DNA of 64,000 nt from Octopus vulgaris (taxonomy: Eukaryota). Made by a program: the position numbers and the translations under genes. Positions 13,240 through 26,885 of the stretch are shown here, one piece after another (within the stretch, counting starts at the first letter, position 1; the number at the start of each line of letters is the position of its first letter). The notes beneath the pieces were generated by a model. The model saw only the letters and a program-made list of their open reading frames with translations. It made no database searches and was not told the origin of the DNA. The stretch lies in the NCBI GenBank assembly GCA_951406725.2, contig OX597827.1, positions 14,260,001 through 14,324,000 on the forward strand. The letters are read 5' to 3'.

Positions 13240-13560
13240 GAGACCCCCTTCAGTCATGACTGACCATGGAATTGCACCTAAAGAGTTACCCGCCCAGGGA
13301 CAAGTCTGGGCAAGGTTGTTTTTATGGAAGACCAGCAGTCGCCCATGCATACCGGCCTCCCCTCTCCATACCACCAGTGTTATCCAAGGGAAAAGCAAAG
13401 GGGCCGAAACAGCTTGGCACCTGTGACATTGCAGCGTGAACTGGAGCAACGTGAAATAAAGTGTCTTGCTCAAGAATACACCACACAGCCTATCCGGGAT
13501 TTGAACTCACAACCTCATGATTGTAAGCTCGACGCTCTAACCACTGAGCCATAAACCTTC
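13240..13560 (-). mobile_element. SINE with family-C head and a distinct tail
   Basis: Head ggctcagtggttagagcgtcgagc...cttgagcaagacactttatttcacgttgctccag. Tail unrelated to the 21459 copy. Confidence 0.65.
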
Positions 13561-13591
<31 letters not shown>

Positions 13592-13766
13592 TATGTTATA
13601 TATACCTGTGTTATTCATACATATATACACATATATATAAATGCATTATTATGCTAGCATGGAAAGCAGACATTAAACGGTGATGATGATGATGATATAT
13701 ATGTTATACATACATGTATGTGTACATATATATATACATATATATATATGTATGTATATATGTATG

Positions 13767-13811
<45 letters not shown>

Positions 13812-14273
13812 ATATGACTTTGTAGTGGGGAGGTTCCCTGTCCAACTTGATGGTTTGACTTATATCAAAATGTCTGGCCGCCAGGGCAAGTTTTTTCTAT
13901 GTGTGTGTGTATGTGTGTGTGTTATGCATACATAATATATATATATATGCACACACACACACGCACGCACATACACATGTTTACATACACTTTCACACAC
14001 ACATGTATGCACACACTCGTACAGATATATAAAACTAGAACTGGTAAGCTCTTGGAGGATTTTGAGGAAATACATCCTCACTAGTCCTATAAGAAGAAAT
14101 TATCTTCAAATGTATAAATGTGCCCTCCTTCTCTTTATGTCTTGAGTACCATATTACAGCTCTTTGATTGTACACACACACGCACACATGCACACATATG
14201 TGCATATATCTATGCTTATTATTTATATGCATATATACATAGATATATACACACATATATGCCCATACATCAA

Positions 14274-14333
<60 letters not shown>

Positions 14334-14403
14334 AATGAATATGGTACTTAAGTTAGATGCACCAGAATTTTGTATGGTGTTATCCATATAAATCCATGGG
14401 GTG

Positions 14404-14527
<124 letters not shown>

Positions 14528-14653
14528 TATGACTTTGCGGTTAAGAAGTTCCCTGCCCAACTAGATTGTTTTGAGTCAAGTCAAAATGTCTGGCAGCTAG
14601 GGCAAGTTTCTTCTACTGCGCATAGATTTAGTAGATAGAACCCAAAAGAAGCC

Positions 14654-14690
<37 letters not shown>

Positions 14691-15090
14691 CTGATTAGTA
14701 AATAATGACTTCTTCTTAGTACCCTTTCCGTGCAGTCTGTCACAAAAGTATAATTTGGTTTCTTGCCATGTCTTCGCATGTTGCATGATGTTTGCAAAAA
14801 AAAAAATGGTTCTTTTAAAAAGTGCCATTTATTTCCAGGTATTTGCATAGAACATGACGTGACTGTCTGTTGGTTAATAGACTGAAAGACTGGAAGATTT
14901 TTATTTTGTATGGAAACAAGTGACAGGAGGGGTATCCAGCCATAAAAAACTTTCTAGACAAAAAGTCCTCATCCGACCCATGCAAGCATGATAAAGCAGG
15001 CATTAGACAATATGATGATGATGATGATATATATACACACACTCATGGACACATACACACACATAAATATATTTATATATATTTTTATTT

Positions 15091-15360
15091 AAGTAGACAA
15101 ATGAATTATCTTATTACGGATAATTCGAAAGATAACCGATACCTGGGTAGCAAAATTCACAACAGAAAGGGCACGGTTGAAGTTACGACCATAGGGCATA
15201 AAATCCGTGCCTTAGTGTGGAAATTTGAAGTTTAATATTAAGTATAGGAAAGAATGGAGCTGAACGAAGATTTAACAAAATTCCTTTATTTTATTTTATT
15301 TTCGACAAATAAAGGAATTTTGTTAAATCTTTGTTCAGCTCCATTCTTTACTATACTTTA
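15091..15360 (-). mobile_element. Penelope-type terminal repeat fragment with terminal hairpin
   Basis: Homologous to 39009-39320 and 50085-50233. Hairpin 15240-15358 (aagtata...gaatggagctgaac...aaaattcctttat and its complement). Confidence 0.6.
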
Positions 15361-15364
15361 TATT

Positions 15365-15765
15365 TATATATAGATATAATCTAAATTTAGGGAATGGAGA
15401 AGGTAAAATCTAGGTTACATATGTTTCTTAACGAGCAGAACCTCAGAAGTAATAATTATTCAATGAGGGGTACTCTGCTAGCGAACTCATCAGGCCGAGG
15501 ATACCTTAGTCAAATGAATGTTACATTGCCATCAAGGGATCCCATGTTAACACACAGGAGATCTGATTGATCAAGTCTCCTGTGAGTTAACAGGAGCTTC
15601 CTTGATGACAATATAACCTTCATTTGACTAAGGTATACTCTGCCTAATGAGTAGCTAGTGAAGTACCCCTCCTTGAATAATTACTACTTCCAAGATTCTG
15701 CTTGCTAGGAAACATATGTAATCTGGATATTACGTGCTCCACTCTTTTAATTTGGATTATATATA
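15365..15765. repeat. Long palindrome (~200-bp arms, almost no spacer) in TA context
   Basis: Centred on acaggagatctgattgatcaagtctcctgt. Arms pair, e.g. ccttagtcaaatgaa/ttcatttgactaagg and ttacatatgtttc/gaaacatatgtaa. Confidence 0.85.
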
Positions 15766-15894
15766 TATATAATATATAAGTAGGTGAATGAATTATCCTA
15801 GTATTGATATACATATATATATATATATATATAATATACCTATTTGCATAAACCTTCTTCAGCATATCAAGCTTTGATATGAGAAAAATTTACG

Positions 15895-16268
15895 TGTGGT
15901 AAGTAGCTTGCTTACCAAACACATGGTCCTGGGTTCAGTCCCATTGCGTGGCACCTTGGGCAAGTGTCTTCTATTATAGCCTCAGGCCAACCAAAAACCT
16001 TGTGAGTGGATTTGGTAGATGGTAACTGGAAGAAGGCCATTGTATATGTATATATATATATGTATATGTTTGTGTGTTTGTCCCTTCAGCATCGCTTCAC
16101 AACCAATGCTGGTGTGTTAACATCCCCATAACTTAGCAGTTTGGCAAAAAGAGATTGATAGAATAATTTCTAGGCTTACAAAGAATAATCTCTGGGGTCG
16201 ATTTGCTCGATTAAAAGGCAGTGCTCCAGCATGGCTGCAGTCAAATGACTGAAACAAGTAAAAGAGTA
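15895..16268 (+). mobile_element. SINE family A
   Basis: Head, microsatellite centre and aaacaagtaaaagagt tail as in other copies. Confidence 0.8.
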
Positions 16269-16782
16269 ACATACTACATCAATAAACCACTATTGCTCTG
16301 AAAGTTGTTTTTTACACCTTCTGCAAACTGCTTCAAGCTTACTAACATCTTCTACTGCGATCCATGTCTCTGAACTTTACATAAATTATATATAGATAAA
16401 TATGTATAGATAAATATACATATATATATATCATATAAAATCTGTTCAGTCTGTCTGTGTGTGTGTCTTCTAGGATCTTGGGCATCCTCCATCCGATTGT
16501 GCTCAAATTTGATATGTAGATACCGACGGTATCAGGGCATGTAAAAGTCTTGAAAAAATTACAAAAATCGATTTCAAGTGAGAATGCGATCGATAAAGCT
16601 GTTTTTCTTTGAAATAGAAAAAAGTCTATCTATATTTCTTCTTTTGCTGGTGTCTCAAATTTAGGTTAAATCAGTGTTTCTCAAAGGGGAGGCCTATGGG
16701 ACGGTCGGACAAGTTGTTTTGAGAAAATTTGGTTTAAATTTTTGACAACCCAGCACCGTCCATTGGACAGGGTCGTTTTGCT

Positions 16783-16899
<117 letters not shown>

Positions 16900-17228
16900 T
16901 GTGTGTGTGCATGGTAGAGGGGCTCCCTTGTCAGAAACAATAGAGTTCTTGCTATTCCTTACTGAACAACCTGTATATATGATTTGCTTACAGTGATCAA
17001 ATGTATATGTTGTGATTTAGCTCATTCCCTCCATCAAATTGACCTTGTTTGTTCTAGAGCATCCTTGAAGTGATTGCAGAGCAAAGGGAAATGAAGAGTT
17101 TTGCTCAAGAAAACGATGCTCTGCCTGATCAAGGAATTGAAATCACAACCTTGTGATATAGAGATGTGAGGCTTAGTGGTAAGAGTATCATAGTCATGGT
17201 CACAAGATCATAGAATCAATTCATATAT

Positions 17229-17615
17229 AGGCGCAGGAGTGGCTGTGTGGTAAGTAGCTTGCTAACCAACCACATGGTTCCGGGTTCAGTCCCACTGCGT
17301 GGCACCTTGGACAAGTGTCTTCTACTATAGTCTCGGGCCGACCAAAGCCTTGTGAGTGGATTTGGTAGACGGAAACTGAAAGAAGCCTGTCGTATATATG
17401 TATATATATATGTGTATGTGTGTGTGTGTGTTTGTCCCCCTAGCATTGCTTGACAACCGATGCTGGTGTGTTTATGTCCCCGTCACTTAGCGGTTCGGCA
17501 AAAGAGACCAATAGAATAAGTACTGGGCTTACAAAGAATAAGTCCCGGGGTCGATTTGCTCGACCAAAGGCAGTCAAATGAGTGAAACAAGTAAAAGAGT
17601 AAAAGAGTAAAGAGT
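17229..17615 (+). mobile_element. SINE family A, young copy
   Basis: ggcgcaggagtggctgtgtggtaagtagc...(aaaagagt)n, CpGs retained. Confidence 0.85.
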
Positions 17616-17887
17616 ATATGCATGAGAAAGAAAAAGAGAGAAGAGAGAGAGAGAGAGAGAGGAAGGGGAGAGGTATATATCCTCTACATGCACATGCGCA
17701 CACACAAATATATTGAAATCTATAAATGTATTTAGAGAGATTCGTAGATTGTGGAAACAGGACCCTAGGATGCCCTTTATGCAAAAGCATTTCAGTATTA
17801 TCTATGGTGGATGTGTCCTTACAACACTTTTGCGGCTAATCTAAACAACACAGAGTTTCAATAGATAATTAGACTCAAGCTATATAC

Positions 17888-18038
17888 CTGGTATCTCTTC
17901 ATATGGGCTTGTATCATTTTTATTCACTCTATGGCTATATTTTCTACTCATGGATACATTATTACGATAATAGTCCGGAGATGGTAAGTGTTTGCCGTGA
18001 ATTCTGCCAGATGTACCTCCAACTTCTTGTATACAAGC
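17888..18038 (-). CDS. Protocadherin second coding exon (cytoplasmic), ACIQEVGGTSGRIHGKHLPSPDYYRNNVSMSRKYSHRVNKNDTSPYEEIP(G)
   Basis: Non-repetitive island with a pyrimidine-rich acceptor (ttcttcatttcctttttgttgtcaaag|), open for 50 codons in phase 0 matching the 31171 donor. It ends in CCAG|gtatat (possible phase-1 donor) or reads through GGT ATA TAG to a stop at 17880-17882. Confidence 0.75.
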
Positions 18039-18218
18039 CTTTGACAACAAAAAGGAAATGAAGAAAAATATATAGATAGATAGTTAGTTAAAATTATTTG
18101 AATAATTTTCAATATTTCTTTATAATTAAGTCCAAAATCTACTTATACATATGCACACACACATATATATATACACACATGTATATATAAGTATATATAA
18201 GTATATATTCATATGTAT

Positions 18219-18252
<34 letters not shown>

Positions 18253-18275
18253 GCAGATATATATATATATTGTGC

Positions 18276-18328
<53 letters not shown>

Positions 18329-18534
18329 CACACACAAACACACATATATATACACACATATATGTAAAACATTCTGGGATCTAATCCAATTTTTGCAAGA
18401 AGTTCTAAAATTTAACCAACTCTTTCTCCATGAATCTGATTCTCAAAAAATAATAAAATAAAATAAAATAAAATGAAATAAAACAAAAAATATATATATT
18501 TATTTGAATAAAATAAAATAAAATTATATATATA

Positions 18535-18567
<33 letters not shown>

Positions 18568-19179
18568 GTATTGAAAAATAATTTTTTATATCAATTTAAT
18601 GTTGAAATTTTCATTTCAAATAAAACGGCCTATTCTATTAAATTTTTGAGGAATGTTGCTCTTTATTTTTATTTTCTCAAAGAATCCTGCTATTTGCCTT
18701 AAAGCAAATCACAACTGTACATTCGGCTAGCGAAAAGCACGACTAAATCTTTTATCAACTCTTTCTTTCATATTTTTTAACAGTGCGGCAGACAAAGTGA
18801 AAATGCTTGTTGATGATGCATGACAACACGCAGTCATGTTGATGCTACTGCAAAAACTTGAAAATAATTTCATGAAATAAATAACAATTGTTCTTCAAAG
18901 AATAAAATATCTTGCCTGTGATAATAAAGTAACAAAGGAATGGTTTCTTTGTTCATTCATCTCATTCTTCAACTTTTATTTATTCATTTTTTTGTTTGTT
19001 AGCTTTGTTTTCTTTTTCTCTCTTGAATCTGGATTAAAACTTCTATTCAATTAACGAGGAGGCCTCATTTAGTTGGTTTAATCAGTGGTATATAATTTAA
19101 TAATATGCTTTAAAGAACACCATAATATGTGTGTGTGTGTAGGTGTGTGTGTGTGTGTGTGTAGGTGTGTGTGTGTGTG

Positions 19180-19234
<55 letters not shown>

Positions 19235-19539
19235 GTGTGTGTGTGTGTAGGTGTGTGTGTGTGTGTGTGTGTGTTGTACATAAGTTGTTTCTCTGTGTTT
19301 ATGTATAAATGTGTGTATGTAAATAGGTAAATGTACTCAAATATATGTGTGTGTGGTTTTGTGAGTATATGTTTACGTACATATGTGTAAGCATGTCTAT
19401 CTGTACTCATGACAATATTTCTTAAACTGTTTAGTAAGAGATATAGCAACTATAACAAAGTAATAATGATGACGACGACGATGACGATGATGATGATGAT
19501 GATGTTGATGATGATGTTGATGGTGGTGGTAATAATAAT

Positions 19540-20110
19540 AAAAAGGTTGAATCTGCAGGAAAATAGATGAGAGTATCGATCATATTTTGAGTGAGTGCAG
19601 TATGCTAGCACAAGAGGAGTATAAGCACAGACACGACAGTATTAGCAAAAGAGTGCATTGGCATGTTAGCCAAGTGTATGTCTTCGAAACATCAAAGAAG
19701 TGGTATGAACATGAACAAGGAGCCATGATAGAAAATGAAAGTTACAAGATCTTGTGGGGCCTCACCATAAAGACTGACCATAGTATTGAGGCAAGAAGAT
19801 GAAACATGATTATAGGGGACAAAATAAACAAGCACATAGATCACAGATTTTGCAGCACCCTATGATAGCAGAGTCAATACCAAAGAAATTTAACAAAATC
19901 AAGAAATACCAGGATCTAGCTAGAGAGCTGAGGAGTCTGTGGAAGGCCAAGACAATAATTATTCCTGTAATATCTGGTGCACTTGGCACAACATCCAAAA
20001 TGCTACCTCAAAGACTGAAAGAAATTGGAGTTCACAACTCACATTGTTGACTGGCAGAAAAGTAACATCCAATATTTTGCCAGAATCCCAAGAAAGATTC
20101 TTGAGATCTG
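19540..20110 (+). pseudogene. R4/Dong-like non-LTR retrotransposon 3' remnant (CCHC plus restriction-like endonuclease)
   Basis: HILSEC...YKHRHD...KWYEH...KILWGLTIKTDHSIEARR...KIKKYQDLARELRSLWK...IPVISGALGT with stops and frameshifts, flanked by (TAA)n. Confidence 0.8.
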
Positions 20111-20171
20111 AGGAGACAAAATACTCACTAACTAAATTAGCATGCACTAGTGAAATACTACTACTACTAAA

Positions 20172-20205
<34 letters not shown>

Positions 20206-20207
<2 letters not shown>

Positions 20208-20762
20208 GTGCTTAAAAATGATCACATCTCCTCTGGAACTTCACCATTCAAACTGACAGAAAGATAGATGCGAATAGGCCAGACATTATATTGAAAGACT
20301 TCAGACAAAAATCATGCCTCCTCATGACTCCCAATCGATATAAATGTATCTGTCAAGACCTACCAAAAACTGAGCAAGTATAAAATAGAAAGCGGCAAAA
20401 TGTGGAACTTCAAGACTAAAACAATACTTGTTGTCGTAGGTGCCCAAGGAATGATAGCAAAAGGGGTTGATTGCTACCTAACTCAGATACCAGGAAGCAC
20501 CAAAATGGCAGCAATTCAAAAGATAGTGCTCATGGGAACTGCCCATATCCTACGTAAAATACTGTCTATGTAATCTAAAAATTTTAATACAAACTTATAA
20601 TTGTCTTATGTTTTCTTAAACATTCTCTAGAACAAATACTATGTACAAAACCAAATATATGGCATCCTAGGCATAACACCAACATGAACTTCTAACTTGT
20701 TTCTTGCGGTCTCTGGGTGAGACTTGGAGCCAACTTGTACAAATACAAAGCTAAAGTCAAAC

Positions 20763-20765
<3 letters not shown>
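20206..20765 (+). pseudogene. R4/Dong-like 3' remnant with 3' UTR
   Basis: WNFTIQTDRKIDANRPDIILKD...KLSKYK...MWNFKTKTILVVVGA, between two (TAA)n arrays. Confidence 0.75.
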
Positions 20766-20807
<42 letters not shown>

Positions 20808-20809
20808 TG

Positions 20810-20876
<67 letters not shown>

Positions 20877-21458
20877 TAATAATAATGATAATAATAATGA
20901 AAGAACAAAACAATAAAGTTTGCTTATTGATCGACATGAGCATCCTCTGTGATCAAAACAATAGGAAGAGTGCGACTGTTATCGAATTATTATCATTATT
21001 ATTGTTGTTATTATAATTCTAATTTAGGAAGCTTCTTGCCTGATGTTAGGAATTTTTTCTAACAGTCTAATTGGTTGTGCATAAATGAAATAACATTAAT
21101 AATGATAAATGTTTATTCTTTTTATATATAACTTGTATTGATTTGGATTAAACCATTTACAAATATCAGACAATGCTTCATGCAAATTATACAGCTCTAA
21201 TAATAACAATACTTCTTACTATTTTTTGGTACTAGGTGTAGAGAGCTAGTATCAATTACATTGGTCCCAATGCTCAGCTGGTACTTATTTTATCAATCCC
21301 AAAAGGATGAAAGGCAAAGTCAACTTCAACAGGATTTCAACATGATGATGAGGAGGAGGATAATGATGTTTATGATAATCCTTTCTACTATAGGCACAAG
21401 GTGCGAAACTTGGTGGGAGGGAGCTAGCTGATTATATCTGCTCCAGTATTTGACTGGT

Positions 21459-21710
21459 GTGGAAGCGCGTGGCTTAGTGGTTAGGGTGTCAGCATCATGA
21501 TTGCAAGATTGTGGTTTCGATTCCTGGACCGGGAGACGTGTTGTGTTCTTGAGCAAAACACTTCACTTCACGTTGCTCCAGTTCACTCAGCTGGCAAAAA
21601 TGAGTAACGCTGCGATGGACTGGTGTCCCGTCCAGCTGGGGAACACATACGCCATAGGAACCAGGAAACCGGGCCCATGAGCCTGGCTAGGCTTTAAAAA
21701 GGGCGCATTT
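21459..21710 (+). mobile_element. SINE family C monomer nested in a family-B copy
   Basis: Full head-to-tail copy with approximate TSD tatttgac(t/a)ggt. Confidence 0.8.
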
Positions 21711-23407
21711 ACTTTATTTATCTATTATTTGACAGGTACTTATTTTATTGACCCTAAAATGATAAACGGTAAAGTTGACCTCGACAGAATTTGAACTCAG
21801 AATGTAAAGATAGATGAAAAGCTAAGTAGCATTTTATCTATCTAGTGTACTAACAAATTCTGCAAGCTCACTGTCTTATATAAAGTAAGTAATGATAAGC
21901 ATAACTAACTACTGCTGTGACAAAGTAGTTTGAAATAAAAATTCACAAAAACGAAAAACAACAATAATATTCCATTATTCAGAGTTTGAATAAGAAAAAT
22001 TGCTGAAAAAAAATTATTCAAATTTCTGTTTATTTGTCTTTTATAGCAGCCTCAACTAAATGAAAGACAACCTATCTGATCAGAGATGCATAATTATGAT
22101 TCTCGTCATCAGTTTAATGTCCATATTTCCATGGCTACAAAGGGTCAAAGGAAGTTTTTTTAAGGCAGATTTTTTGAGACAATATACCTTACCTACTTCC
22201 AAGCAAGTTAATCTTTACCCTAGTTCAGACATACTTTTCACAGTAGACTACAAACCAATGACACTGTTTAGCATACACACACACACATGTATAAGTGTGT
22301 ATGTGTGTGTGTGTGTGTGTGCACATACATATATATCTACATGTATGTATATGGTTCAAAATCGTACAAAAAAAGCCCCAAAACGATAAGGGGACAGCAA
22401 ACTAGGCATATTAATTTGACACCCAGGAAAAATGGAATAGTCGTTGACATTTTGAGCTTATGCTCTTCTACAGGAAAGAATGAGGAGAGAAAACAGGTGG
22501 AGAGAAGAAAAATGGAGAGAGAAATAAAACATGTCTGGATTAATGGCTGCACACACACACACGCACACAAACACACACACTCATAATACATACATTTATT
22601 TACATGATATATGTAATAATGTATGAATGCTTACATACCGCTTCTTCACACGAAAATGTTTGTACAAACAAGTAACATTATAATGACATTCCCTCTCAGT
22701 AAATCATTGTGTAGCTCTTTGCTTTTGAAGATATATAGAATGTAAAGTCTCTTAGAATTAATGACAGGAAATACATCCAGTTCTGAAATAATGTCTCAAT
22801 AATAAGTGTTTGCCCAACTTATACTAGGTGGATGCATGTGTCTTAGCAGTTAGGGTGTTGGACTCATGGTTATAAGATTGTGGTTTCAGAAACTGAAAAA
22901 CCAGTGCTTATGAGTCTGTATGACTTGAGAAGATAACTTTACCTTTATCTAACTAATGTTAGCATGGAAAAACTGAAAATAAAACAAACAAATTGATAGC
23001 CCTTAATCGCCCTTAATAGTATGCCAGTGAAGCAACATTCTCACAATAGTTTAGATGGGACAGGGTAAGTTCAGCTGGATGCCCTTCCCAATGCCAACCA
23101 CCCTGTGAGTGTAGTGGGTGCTTTTTACGTGCCAGGCGAGGCTGGTAACGACCACGATCGGTTAGTGCTTTTTACATGCCACCGGCACGGAGGCCAGTCA
23201 AGGTGGTGCTGGCAATGGCCACGCTAGGATGGCTCTTTTACGTGCCACCAGCACAGGTATCACAACTACAATTTCCATTGATTTTTGATCGATTTCGATT
23301 TCACTTGCTTCAACAGGTCATTGCAAGCAGAGTCTTGTGTCCCAAGAAGGAAATGTATGCATAAGTGGACTGGCTACATCCCAGGTAAAGGCCACGGGTT
23401 ATGGTCT

Positions 23408-23900
23408 CACGTAGAAAGCTAGGATTTGAACATACTGACAAATGGTGTGAACATGAACCTAGTAAAGTACTAGAAGGCAAGAAATATAAGATGTGGGACT
23501 TAAACATTCAGACTGACAGAGTAATAGAAGCTAGAAGGCCTGAATTGCTAGAAGTAGATAAAGAGAATAGAAAGTGCCGGATAATTGACTTTACATTAAT
23601 ATGAGAAGTATAGAAAAAATAGCAAAGTACCAGGACCTAGCTATAGAATTACAGAGACTATCGAAAGTACAGGTAAAATGTATCCCAGTAGTTATAGGTG
23701 CATTTGGAACTATCCCTAAAGATTTGAACAGATGGATAGAGGAAATAGGCATAAAACCCAGTTTAGTACAACTGCGGAAAATAATGTTATGAGGGACAGC
23801 TATGATATTTAGGAGGGTTCTTGGCATCTAAGGTTACTTGTAGTCTGATGTTAGGATTTTTTCTTTTCCAACAGTTTAATTTATTGAGTGTATATGAAAA
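23408..23900 (+). pseudogene. R4/Dong-like 3' remnant
   Basis: KWCEHEP...MWDLNIQTDRVIEARRPEL...CRIIDF and KIAKYQDLAIELQRL...IPVVIGAFGT, ending at (TAA)n. Confidence 0.8.
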
Positions 23901-23911
23901 TAATAATAATA

Positions 23912-24699
23912 TTAAATGCCCTGATGCAGTACCAGACAGTGGCTCTCATCGCTTCTGATCTTAAATGATAGGAAATGTTATCATGTACATTGTTTTGTCT
24001 TGGTATAAAAAGATGGGCTACAGCAAATATTCTGGTTTGACCTTTACCAGTTGAGCATGTCCCTTAGTGACTGACAATATGTGCATCTCTGATCATGAAC
24101 AGAAGTAGTGGGGGAGCATCATAGCCATGTGTTGAGAAGAATTCTTTGGGGTTTGGATAATTCACCTCTGGAAACATGTGCTGTTTTGTTCTACATCCTT
24201 AAACTACCCTTATTCAGGGACCTTTTGAATACGGATGGGCTACTCGACTTGAAGAAAAATTCCAACTGGGCCTCACCTGCAAGGTCATGTGCTGTTTATC
24301 TTGATATGACATCACCATGTCACGCACATATGGTTGGGAAGCATGTCTCTGGTGTATACTTATTGGACAGGTAGTCATGATGTGTGAACTGGGCTTCGTA
24401 TATTTAACCCCGCTGTCAATTGATGGCATGCACTGCTCTCCCACTCAATAATAATAGTAATGATAATAATAATAATAATAATGATAATAATAATAATAAT
24501 GATAATAATAATAATAATAATGATAATAATAATAATAATAATGATAATAATAATAATAATAATGATAATAATAATAATAATAATGATAATAATAATAGTA
24601 ATGATAATAATAATAATAATAATGATAATAATAATAATAATGATAATAATAATAATAATAATGATAATAATAATAATAATAATGATAATAATAATAATG

Positions 24700-24730
<31 letters not shown>

Positions 24731-25088
24731 TAATAATAATAATGATAATAATAATAATAATAATAATAATGATAATAATAATAATAATAATGATAATAAT
24801 AATAATAATAATGATAATAAACGTGGGTGTTTTGTTCACATCTTTAAACAACCATTATCCAGGAACTTTTTGAGTGGGATAGGCTACTCAACCTGAAGAA
24901 AATTCTAACTGGATCCTACCTGCAAGGTAATGTGCTGTTTATCTTGATATGAGATCACCATGTTGCACACATATAGTTGTGATGTATATGCCTGGTGTAC
25001 CCTCATTAGACGGGTAATCATGAGTATACTGGGCTTCATATATTTTACCCCCGTGTCACTTTGATGGCATGCACTGATCTCCCGCTCA
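23912..25088 (+). mobile_element. Two tandem copies of a non-coding (TAA)n-flanked element separated by a ~370-bp (AAT)n/GAT array
   Basis: 23912-24447 and the 5'-shorter 24821-25088 share acctgcaagg...gctgtttatcttgatatga...tgatggcatgcactg...ctcaata. Confidence 0.7.
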
Positions 25089-25132
25089 ATAACAATAATA
25101 ATAATAATAATATTTTTTTCAACTATAAGTAC

Positions 25133-25170
<38 letters not shown>

Positions 25171-25471
25171 TGTTGATATATAATAATATATCAGTATTAC
25201 TTTTAGAAGGTTAAAATTACATTATATCTAAAAGTTATTGTTATTATTATTTAATCTCAGATAAACTTAGGGTTGGGCAAGGTTATGGTCAATGAGGTTC
25301 CATATATGGCCAACATGTATTATCTTGTGTCTGTAGGGCAACGTTAGATAATATGTCCTTCCGTTTTTGTTTGTGGAAGAAGAACACGATTTAAGCAATT
25401 TCGGTTGCTGTTTCCGTCAGTTTGAGTGACCACATAGAAAATCTTACAATGGATTGTTGTAACACTGTGTC

Positions 25472-25775
25472 AGTGGTGGTGGTGGTAGTGGTGGTGGTGG
25501 TGGTAGTGGTGGTGGTGGTGGTGGTGGTGGTGGTGGTGGTAGTGGTAGTGGTGGTGGTGGTGGTGCTGCTGCCGATGATGTTGGTGCTGGTGGTAGTGGA
25601 GGTAGCAGCAGTGGCAGAAGTAGCGGAGGTGGTGGCAGCAGTCACCATGGCAATTGCGGTACTGGTGTTGGCAGCATAGGTAGCGGTGGCGGTGGCAGTA
25701 GCCATGGCAGAAGCAGCAGCAGCAGTGGCCGCAGCAGCAGCAGTAGCGGTGGTAGCAGTAGTAGTAGTAGTGATA
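25472..25775. repeat. (GGT)n grading into a (GCA/GTA/GGC)n trinucleotide array
   Basis: Direct reading. Confidence 0.9.
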
Positions 25776-26404
25776 ATTGAAATGAGCATATAGCCACACA
25801 TATAAACTGGAGAGAAATCATTGATGCTTTAAACTTTCTTCTACACCTGTACGGGGGTGTGCCCGGAGAACAATGGGAACAATGGCCATTTTGTAAAACG
25901 TGTCGGATAATTACCAGAGAAAGACATCTGGCTTAATATGTTCCATGAATCAAGCGAAACTGTTAAGAAGTTACAAACATCTGATAATAAAACTCAGACA
26001 ACAATAGCTGCCATAGATAACATGTAAGCAGTTCCATAGAAATATGTTCTGTGGTAAAAGCCAGAAATCTTTACAAATCTTATTAGCTGCAAGATCTTCT
26101 CAAAGTAGTGACAGGAGCTTTTGTACGAAGCTATAGTCAGGTGAGTGCAAATGAGCAAAAGATGCTGGATTAAGTAATTACTGTTTTTGTTGATAATAAA
26201 ATAGGAAGATGAAGACGTTAAAATAGAGAATAATGAAAATGAAGAGAAAGGGTTTTCATGTCTTGGTAGATAAAAGAAGGAGAGACATATTGGTATATAT
26301 ATATGCCTTCCACCACATACGCATACATACATGTGCATGCATTTATTTGTTTATATATGATATATATATAAATATATGAATATGTAAGTGTATGTGTATG
26401 TGTA

Positions 26405-26466
<62 letters not shown>

Positions 26467-26479
26467 AAGAAAAAGATTG

Positions 26480-26885
<406 letters not shown>

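Noticed and set aside
15480-15500. Hammerhead at minus-strand cctgatgag
   Set aside because: No GAAA box after a stem II.
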